A stretch of DNA of 64,000 bases from an uncultured Gemmatimonadota bacterium (GTDB lineage: Bacteria > Gemmatimonadota > Gemmatimonadetes > Palauibacterales > KS3-K002). The notes under the pieces were generated by a model. It was given only the letters and a program-made list of their open reading frames with translations. It had not been told where the DNA came from and searched no databases. The stretch's first letter is position 1, and the number at the start of each line of letters is the position of its first letter. The position numbers and the translations under genes were made by a program. The stretch is from NCBI GenBank assembly GCA_964348165.1, contig CAYGCC010000074.1, positions 5,128 through 69,127 of the forward strand. Reading direction: 5' to 3'. Shown here in pieces: positions 31,463 through 40,800 of the stretch.

Positions 31463-32924
31463 CCTGGCCATCGCGGCGGTCGCCTCGTCGGTGGGAGTGG
31501 GTTCGACCGTTCTGATCCTGATCGTGGCGGCGGCCGTCATCGCCGCCTGGATCACACTCGCCTATCTCCGCTTCCGCTATTGCGTCACCGAGGACAGTCT
31601 GATCATCCAGCACGGCGTGCTTGTGCGAAGGCGGCGCGTAATCCCCCGCTCGCGGATTCAAAACGTGGACCTGCGGGCCGGGTTGCTGAACCAGCTGCTC
31701 GGCGTCGTGGTGGCCAGGATCGAGACCGCGGGTGGCGAGGCCAGCGAGGCGACGCTTAGCGTCGTGGCGCGGAGCGAGGCGACACGGCTGCGCCGAACCC
31801 TGGTGGCCAGCGCCCTGGGAAGCGCGCCCGGCCTTACACCGGACGCCGGGGCGGTCGAACCATCGGCGATCTTGGAAGGCGCCACCGCGCTCCCAGCTGA
31901 CCGGATCGTTCGCCGATCATCGCTGCTCGACCTCGTGCTTGCCGGCGCCACATCCAACCGGGCCGGCGTGCTATTCGCCGCACTGCTGGGCGGCGATTAC
32001 CTGTTCGAGTTCATGCCCACCGATTGGCTCCTGCGGCGTTTCGTCGCGCCGGAGCTCGTGCAGCCGGACGCCGCGGTTAGGGCGCTGATCCAAACGGCCG
32101 AGCGGGACGTTCAGGCGTTTCTCACGGGGTTGGTGGTCGTGTCGATCTTCTTCGCGCTAGCCGGCTGGGGCCTGTCGATCGCCCTGAGCGTGGTCCGTTA
32201 TTACGACTTCACGCTGGTCGCGGGAGGAGGCGATCTGCAGGTCAGCTATGGACTGTTCACCCGTCGCGAGAAGGGATTCCGACGCAACCGCGTTCAGAAC
32301 GTGCAGATCGAGGAGCCGATCCTGCGGCGATGGCTCGGGCTCGCCACGATGCGCGTTCAGACCGCCGGCTACGGTCCGGGGATGAAGGCCGATGAACGGG
32401 TAGAGACGCTCACCCCCATCGCGCGACGTGGCGAGATCCCCCTCTATCTCAGCGAAGTGCTCCCGGGCCTCGTATGGGAGAGCAGCGAGTGGCGACCGTC
32501 TCACCCACGGGCACGACGCCGGTTGTTCATCCGCCGGGCGCTGGTCGTCCTGCTGGCAAGCGGCGCACTGACACTCCTCACACCATACGGACTCGCCTTG
32601 CTGGCCGCGCTGCTGCCGGCCTGGTTGCTCGCCGCGGCCCACTACCGCCACCTGGGCCACGCCCGCGCCGGCGACTACGTGCTGGTTCGCGAGGGACTCT
32701 GGAACCGCCGCACTTACATCGTGCCGGTGCGCAAGATTCAGGCGCTCCATTTGCGGCAGTCCCCGCTTCAACGGCGTCTGGGACTGGGGACGCTGGTCAT
32801 GGACACAGCCGGTAGCCCGCACGAATGGCACCCGCCCCGCTCCATCGATTTGGGAACCGATTACGGGCGTGAGCTGATGCATGGCCTGGCGACCAGCGTC
32901 AGCGTCACAGGCCTCAACTTCTGA
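31350..32924 (+). CDS. YdbT-like membrane protein with three bPH_2 domains
   Basis: Repeated …RIQNVDLRAGLLNQLLGVV…, …RVQNVQIEEPILRRWLGLAT…, and …IQALHLRQSPLQRRLGLGT… modules, each preceded by TM pairs. Confidence 0.75.
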   Translation: MNATDDHELPASGVEGPETWQRLHPLTPALRSIQLVYALAIAAVASSVGVGSTVLILIVAAAVIAAWITLAYLRFRYCVTEDSLIIQHGVLVRRRRVIPRSRIQNVDLRAGLLNQLLGVVVARIETAGGEASEATLSVVARSEATRLRRTLVASALGSAPGLTPDAGAVEPSAILEGATALPADRIVRRSSLLDLVLAGATSNRAGVLFAALLGGDYLFEFMPTDWLLRRFVAPELVQPDAAVRALIQTAERDVQAFLTGLVVVSIFFALAGWGLSIALSVVRYYDFTLVAGGGDLQVSYGLFTRREKGFRRNRVQNVQIEEPILRRWLGLATMRVQTAGYGPGMKADERVETLTPIARRGEIPLYLSEVLPGLVWESSEWRPSHPRARRRLFIRRALVVLLASGALTLLTPYGLALLAALLPAWLLAAAHYRHLGHARAGDYVLVREGLWNRRTYIVPVRKIQALHLRQSPLQRRLGLGTLVMDTAGSPHEWHPPRSIDLGTDYGRELMHGLATSVSVTGLNF

Positions 32925-33214
32925 CGGCCGGCGATCGAGAGGTGCCGGAATGGCCCGCGAGAATGGGGCGATCACGGCAAGTCGCTCTGGTTCGCCGAGA
33001 TACGGCCGCCGGGCCCGTCGCCCTTGGGGTTGCGCCACACGCCCCGGATGGTATGCTTTAACGACTTTGAGGGCCCCCACCCTCCTGATCCCCCGCCTCT
33101 GCTCCAGCTCAGGAAGCGATGGCGCCCCCATTTGAAGCAGGAGCCGCCGCGGACGCAAAACGTTCGCGTCCCGGGCCGACCCGACGACACCGAGGCTGGT
33201 CTCCGCCCATCACC

Positions 33215-35512
33215 ATGGCTGACGCCCGAGAAACGCACCGAACTGGGTTCGACTTCGCGACCGCCATCCTGGAGGCATGCGCCGCGCTGATCGTGGTGCT
33301 CGATCGTGACGGCCGCATCGTCCGCTTCAACCGGGCCTGCGAACGGCTCACCGGATTTTCCAGTCGCGAAGTGGAGGGCAAGCCGGTTTGGGAAGTCTTA
33401 CTTCTTCCCGAGGAGGTCGGAGGAGTCAAGAGAGTGTTCGCCGAGCTGCGCGACGGCCGCTTTCCCAACAAGCACGAGAATTGCTGGCTGACCAAGAACG
33501 GCGATCGCCGTCTGATCTCTTGGACCAACACCGCTGTCGTGGCCAGCGATGGCTCGGTCGACTACGTGATCGGAACCGGCATCGACGTCACAGATCACAG
33601 GCGGACCGAGGAGGAGCTGGCAAAGTTCCGGCTCGGCATCGAGCGCAGCGGCGAGATCATTTTTTTGACCGATCGGGAGGGACATATCCTGTACGTGAAC
33701 CCTGCCTTCGAGCGCATCTATGGCTTCAGCAAAGAGGAGGTGCTGGGACGAACGCCGCGCATCCTGAAGTCGGGTCTACACGATCGGGAGGTCTACAAGC
33801 AGATCTGGGAGATGCTGCTGGCCAAAGAGACCGTATCCAGCGAGATCGTCAACAAGACGAAAGACGGGCGGCTGCTCACGATGTCCAGCTCCGCCAATCC
33901 GGTTCTGGACGAAGAGGGCAACATCGTCGGGTTTCTAGCGATCCAGCGCGACATCACCGAGAGGAAGATGACAGATCGCGCGCTGAGGGAGAGCGAGGAG
34001 CGCCTGCGCACGCTGATGGAAAAAGTGCCGGACGGCGTCGGCGTGCTGGCCACCGACGGGCGTATCCTTTACGCCAACCCGGCCATGGGCGCGTTGCTCG
34101 GATACACTACCGACCAGATGTTAGGCCGGCGAGTGACAGACTTTCAGCATCCCGAGGACCGGGGCCGCGCGGCCGATCGCATCAAGTCACTCCTCCGGGG
34201 TGGCCCCGAGAGCCCGGCGCAGTATCGCCTGATCCATAGGGACGGCAGCGTCGTGACCTCGGAGATCACCTCACGGGTGATCGAGTTCGAGGGCGAGCCC
34301 GCTCTGCTCAGCACGGTCCGCGACCTCACCGAGCGCATGGAGCTGGAGGAGCAGTTACGCCAGGCCCAGAAGATGGAGGCAGTGGGTCAGCTGGCAGGCG
34401 GAATGGCTCATGACTTCAACAATCTCCTGACCGTGGTGCAGGTCAACACCGAGCTCCTCGCCGATAGGCTGCCCGAGGCCGACGGTCAGGTGACCGATGA
34501 CATTGAAGAACTGAAAGCGGCCGTCGCCCGCGGTAAGAAGCTGATCGAGAAGCTCCTCGCCTTCAGTCGGCGCGAGGAGCTCAAGATCGAGCCACTCGAC
34601 CTGCGGAAGCTGATCACCGACTTCGAGCCGACCCTGCGCCGCTTACTGCCCGAGAACATCGATATCCAGATCGACCCGCCCGACGGGCTCGATAAGGTCC
34701 TCGCCAGCGCCGGGTCAGTCGAACAGATCGTGATGAACCTGGCCACCAACGCACGCAACGCCATGCCCGAGGGCGGCCAGCTCCGCCTGGCGCTTTGGCC
34801 GACTTACCTGGAGGCCGCGGACTGGTTCGCCACCGGACGGACCGTTCCCGGCGCATTCGTTTGTCTGGCCGTAAGCGACACCGGCATCGGCATGGACGAG
34901 CTGACGCAGGCACGCTTGTTCGAGCCCTTCTTCACGACCCGGCGCAGCTCCGGCGGCACGGGTCTGGGCATGGCGGTCGTGTACGGGCTGGCCAAGCAGC
35001 TTGGCGGCCACGTACACGTCTACAGCGAGCTGGGCCAAGGCACGACGATCAAGGTTTACCTGCCCGTGGCCGCGCCCGACTTCGGCGAGGCGCCGCCCGT
35101 CGGCGAGACGGCGATAGAGGTACGAGGCGGAAGTGAGACGATCCTCGTGGCGGAAGACGAGCCAGCGCTGAGGCGAGCGGCCCGGCGGATCCTCGAGCGC
35201 CTGGGTTACCAGGTCCTGCTGGCCGCGGACGGCGATGAGGCGTTGAGAGTATTCGAGGCGAACCAAGATCGAATCGATTTGATCGTCACTGACGTGGTCA
35301 TGCCGAAGCGCGGCGGCCGCGCTCTATATCAAGCGCTGCGTGAACGCGGCGCTCAAGTCCCTTTCCTTTTTGCCAGCGGCTACACGGCGGGCGATGTGGA
35401 GGAGAGCGCTCAGCTCGATCCCGGGCTTCCCTTCCTGGCCAAGCCGTGGACGTTGAGCGAACTGGCCCAGAAGATCCGACAGGTTCTCGACGCCAAAGGA
35501 GTCGAGAGCTAG
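33215..35512 (+). CDS. Hybrid sensor histidine kinase (multiple PAS domains - HisKA - HATPase_c - REC)
   Basis: At least three PAS-like modules. H-box GGMAHDFNNLL. G-boxes DTGIGMD and GTGLGMAVV. C-terminal receiver with DLIVTDVVMPKRGG. Confidence 0.85.
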   Translation: MADARETHRTGFDFATAILEACAALIVVLDRDGRIVRFNRACERLTGFSSREVEGKPVWEVLLLPEEVGGVKRVFAELRDGRFPNKHENCWLTKNGDRRLISWTNTAVVASDGSVDYVIGTGIDVTDHRRTEEELAKFRLGIERSGEIIFLTDREGHILYVNPAFERIYGFSKEEVLGRTPRILKSGLHDREVYKQIWEMLLAKETVSSEIVNKTKDGRLLTMSSSANPVLDEEGNIVGFLAIQRDITERKMTDRALRESEERLRTLMEKVPDGVGVLATDGRILYANPAMGALLGYTTDQMLGRRVTDFQHPEDRGRAADRIKSLLRGGPESPAQYRLIHRDGSVVTSEITSRVIEFEGEPALLSTVRDLTERMELEEQLRQAQKMEAVGQLAGGMAHDFNNLLTVVQVNTELLADRLPEADGQVTDDIEELKAAVARGKKLIEKLLAFSRREELKIEPLDLRKLITDFEPTLRRLLPENIDIQIDPPDGLDKVLASAGSVEQIVMNLATNARNAMPEGGQLRLALWPTYLEAADWFATGRTVPGAFVCLAVSDTGIGMDELTQARLFEPFFTTRRSSGGTGLGMAVVYGLAKQLGGHVHVYSELGQGTTIKVYLPVAAPDFGEAPPVGETAIEVRGGSETILVAEDEPALRRAARRILERLGYQVLLAADGDEALRVFEANQDRIDLIVTDVVMPKRGGRALYQALRERGAQVPFLFASGYTAGDVEESAQLDPGLPFLAKPWTLSELAQKIRQVLDAKGVES

Positions 35513-35520
35513 CCGACTGG

Positions 35521-36192
35521 CTACCTCTGAAGTATTTTGGGATGGCGTATCGTCTTCCCTTCCACCTGGTAGACGACGTCTTCCCCGATGTTGCAAGCTA
35601 GATCCGCCACCCGCTCGATGTTGCGGCCGATGAGAATGAAGGAGAGTGCCTGGCCAATCTCTGAGGGCGACTCCATCATCATCGTAATCGCCGATCGCAG
35701 GTGGGACTCGTGTAGCTGGTCGACGCGATCGTCCCGTTGGGGCACGCTGCGCGCTTTCGCCGCATCGTGCTGCACGAAGGCGTCGAGCACGTCGCGCAAC
35801 ATGCCGCGCGCGATCGAAGCGGCCTCGGACAACTCGATCGGCAAAGACCAGTCGCTGTGCTGTTCGATCAGGCGCTGCGCGGTCTCGGCGATATTGACGG
35901 CGTGATCGCCGATTCGCTCCAGGTCGTTGTTGATCTTGAGGATCGCCACCAGGCGGCGCAGATCACCCGCCATCGGCTGCTGGAGTGCCAAGAGCTCGAC
36001 GCATTCCTCCTCGATCTCGACTTCCGTCGCGTCGATCTCACGATCGCCCAGGATGACCGCCTCGGCCTTGCCGTTGTCACGCTCGTGGACGGCCTCCAGC
36101 GCCGTATCGATCAGCCCCTCGATCAGGCGCGACATGGCGACGAGTCGGCCCGTCAGGTCATCCAACTTCTTCTCGAAGTGCGTGCGCGCCAT
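35521..36192 (-). CDS. phoU: Phosphate signalling complex protein PhoU
   Basis: Two PhoU repeats, with …NNDLERIGDHAVNIAE… and …GRNIERVADLACNIGE…. Confidence 0.85.
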   Translation of the reverse strand: MARTHFEKKLDDLTGRLVAMSRLIEGLIDTALEAVHERDNGKAEAVILGDREIDATEVEIEEECVELLALQQPMAGDLRRLVAILKINNDLERIGDHAVNIAETAQRLIEQHSDWSLPIELSEAASIARGMLRDVLDAFVQHDAAKARSVPQRDDRVDQLHESHLRSAITMMMESPSEIGQALSFILIGRNIERVADLACNIGEDVVYQVEGKTIRHPKILQR

Positions 36193-36203
36193 CTCCTGAT
36201 CCC

Positions 36204-37103
36204 CTAGCCGAACCGGCCCGTGATGTACGCCTCGGTTCGCTCATCATCCGGGCTGGTGAACAGCCGGTCGGTCTCCCCGTACTCGATCAGGCGACCCAGG
36301 TTCATGAACGCGGTATAGTCGGCCACCCGCGCCGCCTGCTGCATATTGTGAGTGACGATCACGATCGTGTAGTGCTGCGCCAGTTCCCGCATCAGCTCTT
36401 CGATCCGGCCCGTGGCGATGGGGTCCAAAGCGCTCGCCGGTTCGTCCATCAGGATCACGTCCGGCTCTACCGCTAACGCCCGGGCGATGCAGACGCGCTG
36501 CTGCTGGCCGCCCGAGAGGCCGAGCGCGCTATCCCGTATCCGGTCCTTGATCTCATCCCAGAGCGCCGCCTTGCGCAACGCCAGCTCAACGCGCTCCGCT
36601 ATATCGCCGGTGTAGCGATTCACCCTGAGACCGAAGGCTACATTCTCGAAGATCGACTTCGGGAAAGGATTCGGCTTTTGGAAAACCATGCCGATGCGGC
36701 GACGCACCTCGACCGGGTCGACATCGGGACTGTAGAGGTCTTCGCCGTTGAACAGCACGGTGCCCTCGCACCAGGATATCGGGATCACGTCGTTCATTCG
36801 GTTGAAGGCACGCAGCAATGTGCTCTTGCCGCTGCCCGAAGGACCGATCAGAGCCGTGATGCGATTCCGCGGAATCGTCAGCGAGATATTGTGAATCGTC
36901 TTGGCCGAGCCGTAGTAGATGCTCAGGTCTTCAGTGGCCAGCACCGGGTCGGCGTGCACCATGATGTGGCGTGGATCGCCGTCCAGCTTGTCCAGATACC
37001 CGAGCTTGTTATTCGACTCCGCCGTCGTCATCCCCGCTCGCTCCGCTTCCTGCGCAGGTTGGGGCATTCGCATCTTGACCTCGGCCACGCGGTCGGGACT
37101 CAT
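36204..37103 (-). CDS. pstB: Phosphate ABC transporter ATP-binding protein PstB (alternative start at 37031)
   Basis: Walker [10 protein letters not shown], signature LSGGQQQRV, Walker B ILMDEP. The start forms an ATGA overlap with the pstA stop. Confidence 0.88.
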   Translation of the reverse strand: MSPDRVAEVKMRMPQPAQEAERAGMTTAESNNKLGYLDKLDGDPRHIMVHADPVLATEDLSIYYGSAKTIHNISLTIPRNRITALIGPSGSGKSTLLRAFNRMNDVIPISWCEGTVLFNGEDLYSPDVDPVEVRRRIGMVFQKPNPFPKSIFENVAFGLRVNRYTGDIAERVELALRKAALWDEIKDRIRDSALGLSGGQQQRVCIARALAVEPDVILMDEPASALDPIATGRIEELMRELAQHYTIVIVTHNMQQAARVADYTAFMNLGRLIEYGETDRLFTSPDDERTEAYITGRFG

Positions 37104-37993
37104 AGTTTCTTCTGCAATCGGTTTCGGAGCACAATGGCCAACGCGTTCATCGTTAGCAAGGCGATCAGCAAAACGATGATCGCGGCGGCGGCCAGCTCGT
37201 GGAAGCCTGCTTGGGGCCGGGAGGCCCAGTTGAAGATCTGAATCGGCAAGACCGTAAAAGGATCCAGCGGTGTCTCCGGCGTGAACGCCACGAAGGTCAG
37301 CGCGCCGATCATGATCAGCGGCGCCGTTTCGCCGATGGCTCGCGAGAGCGCCAGGATCATCCCGGTGAGAATTCCGGGCAGCGCGATGGGCAGGACCAAA
37401 TAGCGGAGTGTCTGCCACTGGGTCGCCCCAATCCCCAGGCCCGCGTCGCGGACCGAAGAGGGAACGGCCCGGATCGCTTCCTGGGCCGCGATGATCACGA
37501 TCGGCAGGATAAGCAGCGCCAGCGTCGCCGCCCCGGCCAGAACGCTGCGACCCAGGGCGATCCCACGCACGAAGACCGCCAGCCCCAGCACGCCATAGAC
37601 GATCGACGGCACGCCAGCCAGGTTGGCGATGTTGGTCTCGATCACCCGCGTCACCCAGTTGCGCGGGGCGTACTCCTCCAGGTAGATCGCCGCACCCACC
37701 CCCAGCGGGAACGACAGCAACCCCGTGAAACTGACCGTCCATATCGTTCCGTACAGTGCCGACTTGATCCCGGCCCGTTCGGGAAAACGCGACGGGTAGC
37801 TGTTCAAGAATTCCATGGATAGACGCCCGGCGCCCTGTCGCAGGATCTCGATCAACAGCGCCGCCAGCAGCACCACGGCAATCGCCGTGGCGGCAAAGCA
37901 AAACCAGAGAAAGATCGTCCCCCGGAGCCGACGGCGATCCAGACCCACGTCGAACTCGACGGCGCCCGCCGCAACCGCGCCCATCGACTTCAC
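37100..37993 (-). CDS. pstA: Phosphate ABC transporter permease PstA
   Basis: 6-TM permease with an EAA-like loop ([23 protein letters not shown]). Confidence 0.85.
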   Translation of the reverse strand: MKSMGAVAAGAVEFDVGLDRRRLRGTIFLWFCFAATAIAVVLLAALLIEILRQGAGRLSMEFLNSYPSRFPERAGIKSALYGTIWTVSFTGLLSFPLGVGAAIYLEEYAPRNWVTRVIETNIANLAGVPSIVYGVLGLAVFVRGIALGRSVLAGAATLALLILPIVIIAAQEAIRAVPSSVRDAGLGIGATQWQTLRYLVLPIALPGILTGMILALSRAIGETAPLIMIGALTFVAFTPETPLDPFTVLPIQIFNWASRPQAGFHELAAAAIIVLLIALLTMNALAIVLRNRLQKKL

Positions 37994-38985
37994 TCGTACA
38001 CCTCGCGGAACCGCCGCAAGATGACACGGCTCAAGATGTTCATCGCCAGCGTGATGCAGAAGAGGAGAAGGCCCACGGCGAAGATCGTCTTGTACTCGAT
38101 CGACCCGACGGGCGTATCGCCCAGGCTCACCTGGACGATGTACGCCGTCATCGTCTGGATGCTCTCCAGCGGATTCGCGGTTAGCTTCGGCGTTGCGCCC
38201 GCCGCCAGCGTCACCGCCATCGTCTCGCCGATCGCCCGCGAGATGGCGAGGATGAACGAGGCGATGATCCCCGAAAGCGCCGCCGGCACCACCACCCGGG
38301 TCACCGTCTCGAACTTCGTGGCGCCCAGCCCGTACGAGGCTTCACGCAGCGAGCGCGGCACCGCGTAGATGGCGTCCTCCGACAGCGACGCCACCATCGG
38401 CACGATCATGATCCCCACCACGATCGCCGCGCTCGCGGCGTTGAAGACACCCGTCTCCGGGAAGATCGTGCGGATGAGCGGTGTGATGAACGTGAGGGCG
38501 AAGTACCCGTAGACGACCGTCGGGATGCCCGCCAGAACCTCCAGCACCGGCTTCAAAGTCTTGCGGACCCGGCTCGGCGCGTACTCGGCCAGGTAGATCG
38601 CGCTCGCCAGTCCTACGGGCAACGCGATCAGCGAGGCGCCAAACGCTACCATCACCGACCCCGCCACCAGCGGCAAGACGCCGAAATTCCGCGGCACGAA
38701 CAGGGGGGTCCACTTCGTACCGGTCAGGAAAGCCCAGGGCGACACCTCACGGAAGAACCCGATCGACTCCCAGACCAGGACGACCACGATCCCGGCCGTG
38801 GTCGCCACCGAGACCAGGCCGCAGGCCAGCAGCACGCCACGGATCAGCCGCTCGCGCCAGCGTCGCCCGCGGGAGAGCACAAGCGTTGGGCCGCCTACAC
38901 CTCGTGGTCCGGCGATCTCAGCGGCTGTCGTTACCGCGTCGAGCAAGCTCGTGTTCTCCGACCAGTTGAATCCGTCCCGACGCAA
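37990..38985 (-). CDS. pstC: Phosphate ABC transporter permease PstC
   Basis: 6-TM permease with EAA-like [24 protein letters not shown] 4-nt overlap with pstA. Confidence 0.85.
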   Translation of the reverse strand: MRRDGFNWSENTSLLDAVTTAAEIAGPRGVGGPTLVLSRGRRWRERLIRGVLLACGLVSVATTAGIVVVLVWESIGFFREVSPWAFLTGTKWTPLFVPRNFGVLPLVAGSVMVAFGASLIALPVGLASAIYLAEYAPSRVRKTLKPVLEVLAGIPTVVYGYFALTFITPLIRTIFPETGVFNAASAAIVVGIMIVPMVASLSEDAIYAVPRSLREASYGLGATKFETVTRVVVPAALSGIIASFILAISRAIGETMAVTLAAGATPKLTANPLESIQTMTAYIVQVSLGDTPVGSIEYKTIFAVGLLLFCITLAMNILSRVILRRFREVYE

Positions 38986-39046
38986 CTCACAGGGCTCGAG
39001 GGCGACAAGCTGTTGTCATGTAAACACTTGAACCGTAGATCATCAG

Positions 39047-39065
39047 AAAAAGCCGGGGCCCGGCT
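39047..39065 (-). terminator. Hairpin + U-tract on the minus strand between the pst promoter region and the pstC start
   Basis: Reverse complement reads AGCCGGGGCCCGGCT followed by TTTTTCT. There is no minus-strand gene upstream that it could terminate. Confidence 0.3.
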
Positions 39066-39255
39066 CCGCCCCTGATCGTTGAAACTAGCTCCTGAATACC
39101 AAGGCCGAGTAAACGTTCTGTAACAATCAGGTATCAGCTACGGCGCGAAGCGGGCTGAGTCCCGCTGGCGCGCAGGTCGTAGCGCCCGTACCATGCCGAA
39201 GCGCCGGCCGCGCACCTTCGCGGGCCGGGTCGATCCTCCAGTTGCGAGGGGTGTC

Positions 39256-40155
39256 ATGCGATCAAAAGTTGGCCTCTGGCTCGTTCTGCTTCTCGTACTC
39301 TGCAACCCTCGACTTTACGGGCAACAGAAGATGAAGATCTACATCTCAGCGGACATGGAGGGAGTGGTCGGCGTCGTGACGGGAGAACAGCTTGGCCCGT
39401 CGGGGTTCGAATACGAGCGATTCCGCCAGCTCATGACCGCCGAGGTCAATGCGGCGATCGAAGGCGCGCGCGCCGCCGGCGCGACCGAGATCCTGATCAG
39501 CGACTCGCACGGCAACGGCCAGAACCTCTTGCTGGAAAAACTGCCCACGGACGTCACGCTGGTACGCGCCTGGCCGCGACCTTTGATGATGATGGAGGGA
39601 ATCGACGAAACCTTCGACGCCGCGATCTTCATTGGGTATCACTCGAGCACGACCAACCCCGAGGGCGTGCGCGCCCATACGATGTCGAGCGCGCGCCTCG
39701 CCGACGTGCGCCTCAACGGTACCTCGGTGCCCGAGGCCGGCATCAACGCCGCCATCGCCGGTCACTTCGGCGTTCCCGTGGTCATGATCTCTGGCGATGA
39801 CGCCATCGTGGAAGAGGCGCGCGCGCTGCTTGGCGATATCGAGGGCGCCGTGGTGAAGTGGGCCTACGGCTTTCACTCGGCGCGTACCCTGATGCCGGAC
39901 GCCGCGTACGACCTCATCCGCGAGAAGGTACGGCGCGGAATCGAGCGCGCTTCCAGCCTCAAGCCGTACCGCCTCGATACGCCCATCCGGCTGGATATCC
40001 GTTTCAAGAATTACCGTCCCGCCGAAGTCCTCAGCTACCTTTCGATCGTCGAGCGAACGGACTCGCACAGCATCCGCTTCGTCGGCGAAGACATGATCGA
40101 GGTCTCGAAGTTTCTCGAGTTCATGCTAACCTACGATGGCTCGCTGTCGCCCTGA
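39256..40155 (+). CDS. Peptidase M55 (D-aminopeptidase DppA family), probably with signal peptide
   Basis: MKIYISADMEGVVGV is the characteristic M55 N-terminus. The upstream in-frame MRSKVGLWLVLLLVLC looks like a signal peptide. Confidence 0.75.
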   Translation: MRSKVGLWLVLLLVLCNPRLYGQQKMKIYISADMEGVVGVVTGEQLGPSGFEYERFRQLMTAEVNAAIEGARAAGATEILISDSHGNGQNLLLEKLPTDVTLVRAWPRPLMMMEGIDETFDAAIFIGYHSSTTNPEGVRAHTMSSARLADVRLNGTSVPEAGINAAIAGHFGVPVVMISGDDAIVEEARALLGDIEGAVVKWAYGFHSARTLMPDAAYDLIREKVRRGIERASSLKPYRLDTPIRLDIRFKNYRPAEVLSYLSIVERTDSHSIRFVGEDMIEVSKFLEFMLTYDGSLSP

Positions 40156-40239
40156 GACCATCCCAAACCGCGTCCCGGCGTCGTGCCCGGGCATCACCCA
40201 GGCCGGCCCGGCGACTGAGGTCCTCGGAGAACGCCGCTC

Positions 40240-40647
40240 GTGAAGCTCAAGCGGCTGCTTCATGAGGTCCACCGCCGCTCGGTCTGGCAGGTCCTGGCCA
40301 TCTACCTGGTCTGCGCCTGGGTCGCTTTCGAGGTCAGCCGCGCCATCTCGGACCGGCACGACTTGCCTTCCTGGTTGACCCTCTTGTTTATCGGGCTGCT
40401 GGCGATCGGGTTGCTCTTCGTGATGACGACGGTCTACCTGCAGAAGGGCTTTCCCCGCAAGATGGGCCAGAGCGCCGGCGCCGCTTCCATGTCGCCGGGC
40501 AACGAGGTTTCAGCCGCTGGCGGCGCCGATTCGTGGATCGTCCGCCGTGTCTTCACCTGGCGAAACGCGATCCTTGCCGGAGTTGCCGCGCTCACGCTTT
40601 GGGCCCTTATCGCCGCCGCCTGGCTCTACCTCGCCACACACGGGTGA
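40240..40647 (+). CDS. Small hypothetical membrane protein
   Basis: Three predicted TM helices. High-GC3 frame. Confidence 0.4.
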   Translation: MKLKRLLHEVHRRSVWQVLAIYLVCAWVAFEVSRAISDRHDLPSWLTLLFIGLLAIGLLFVMTTVYLQKGFPRKMGQSAGAASMSPGNEVSAAGGADSWIVRRVFTWRNAILAGVAALTLWALIAAAWLYLATHG

Positions 40648-40800
40648 AACCAAGGCCGATGCCGTCGCCCGAACAGAACCGCGGCTCGGGGTGCCGATGA
40701 CGCTAAAGACTTCACGACGCTGCTTGTTTCGGTCGCCACAACGCGTCAATTTCCCGTTCGAACCCCTCCGCCACGCTCAGGCCGCGAACCCGGACCGTCG

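Noticed and set aside
39005-39035. TTGTCATgtaaaca…, a Pho-box-like sequence upstream of pstC
   Set aside because: The second 7-bp direct repeat at the 11-bp period is missing on either strand.
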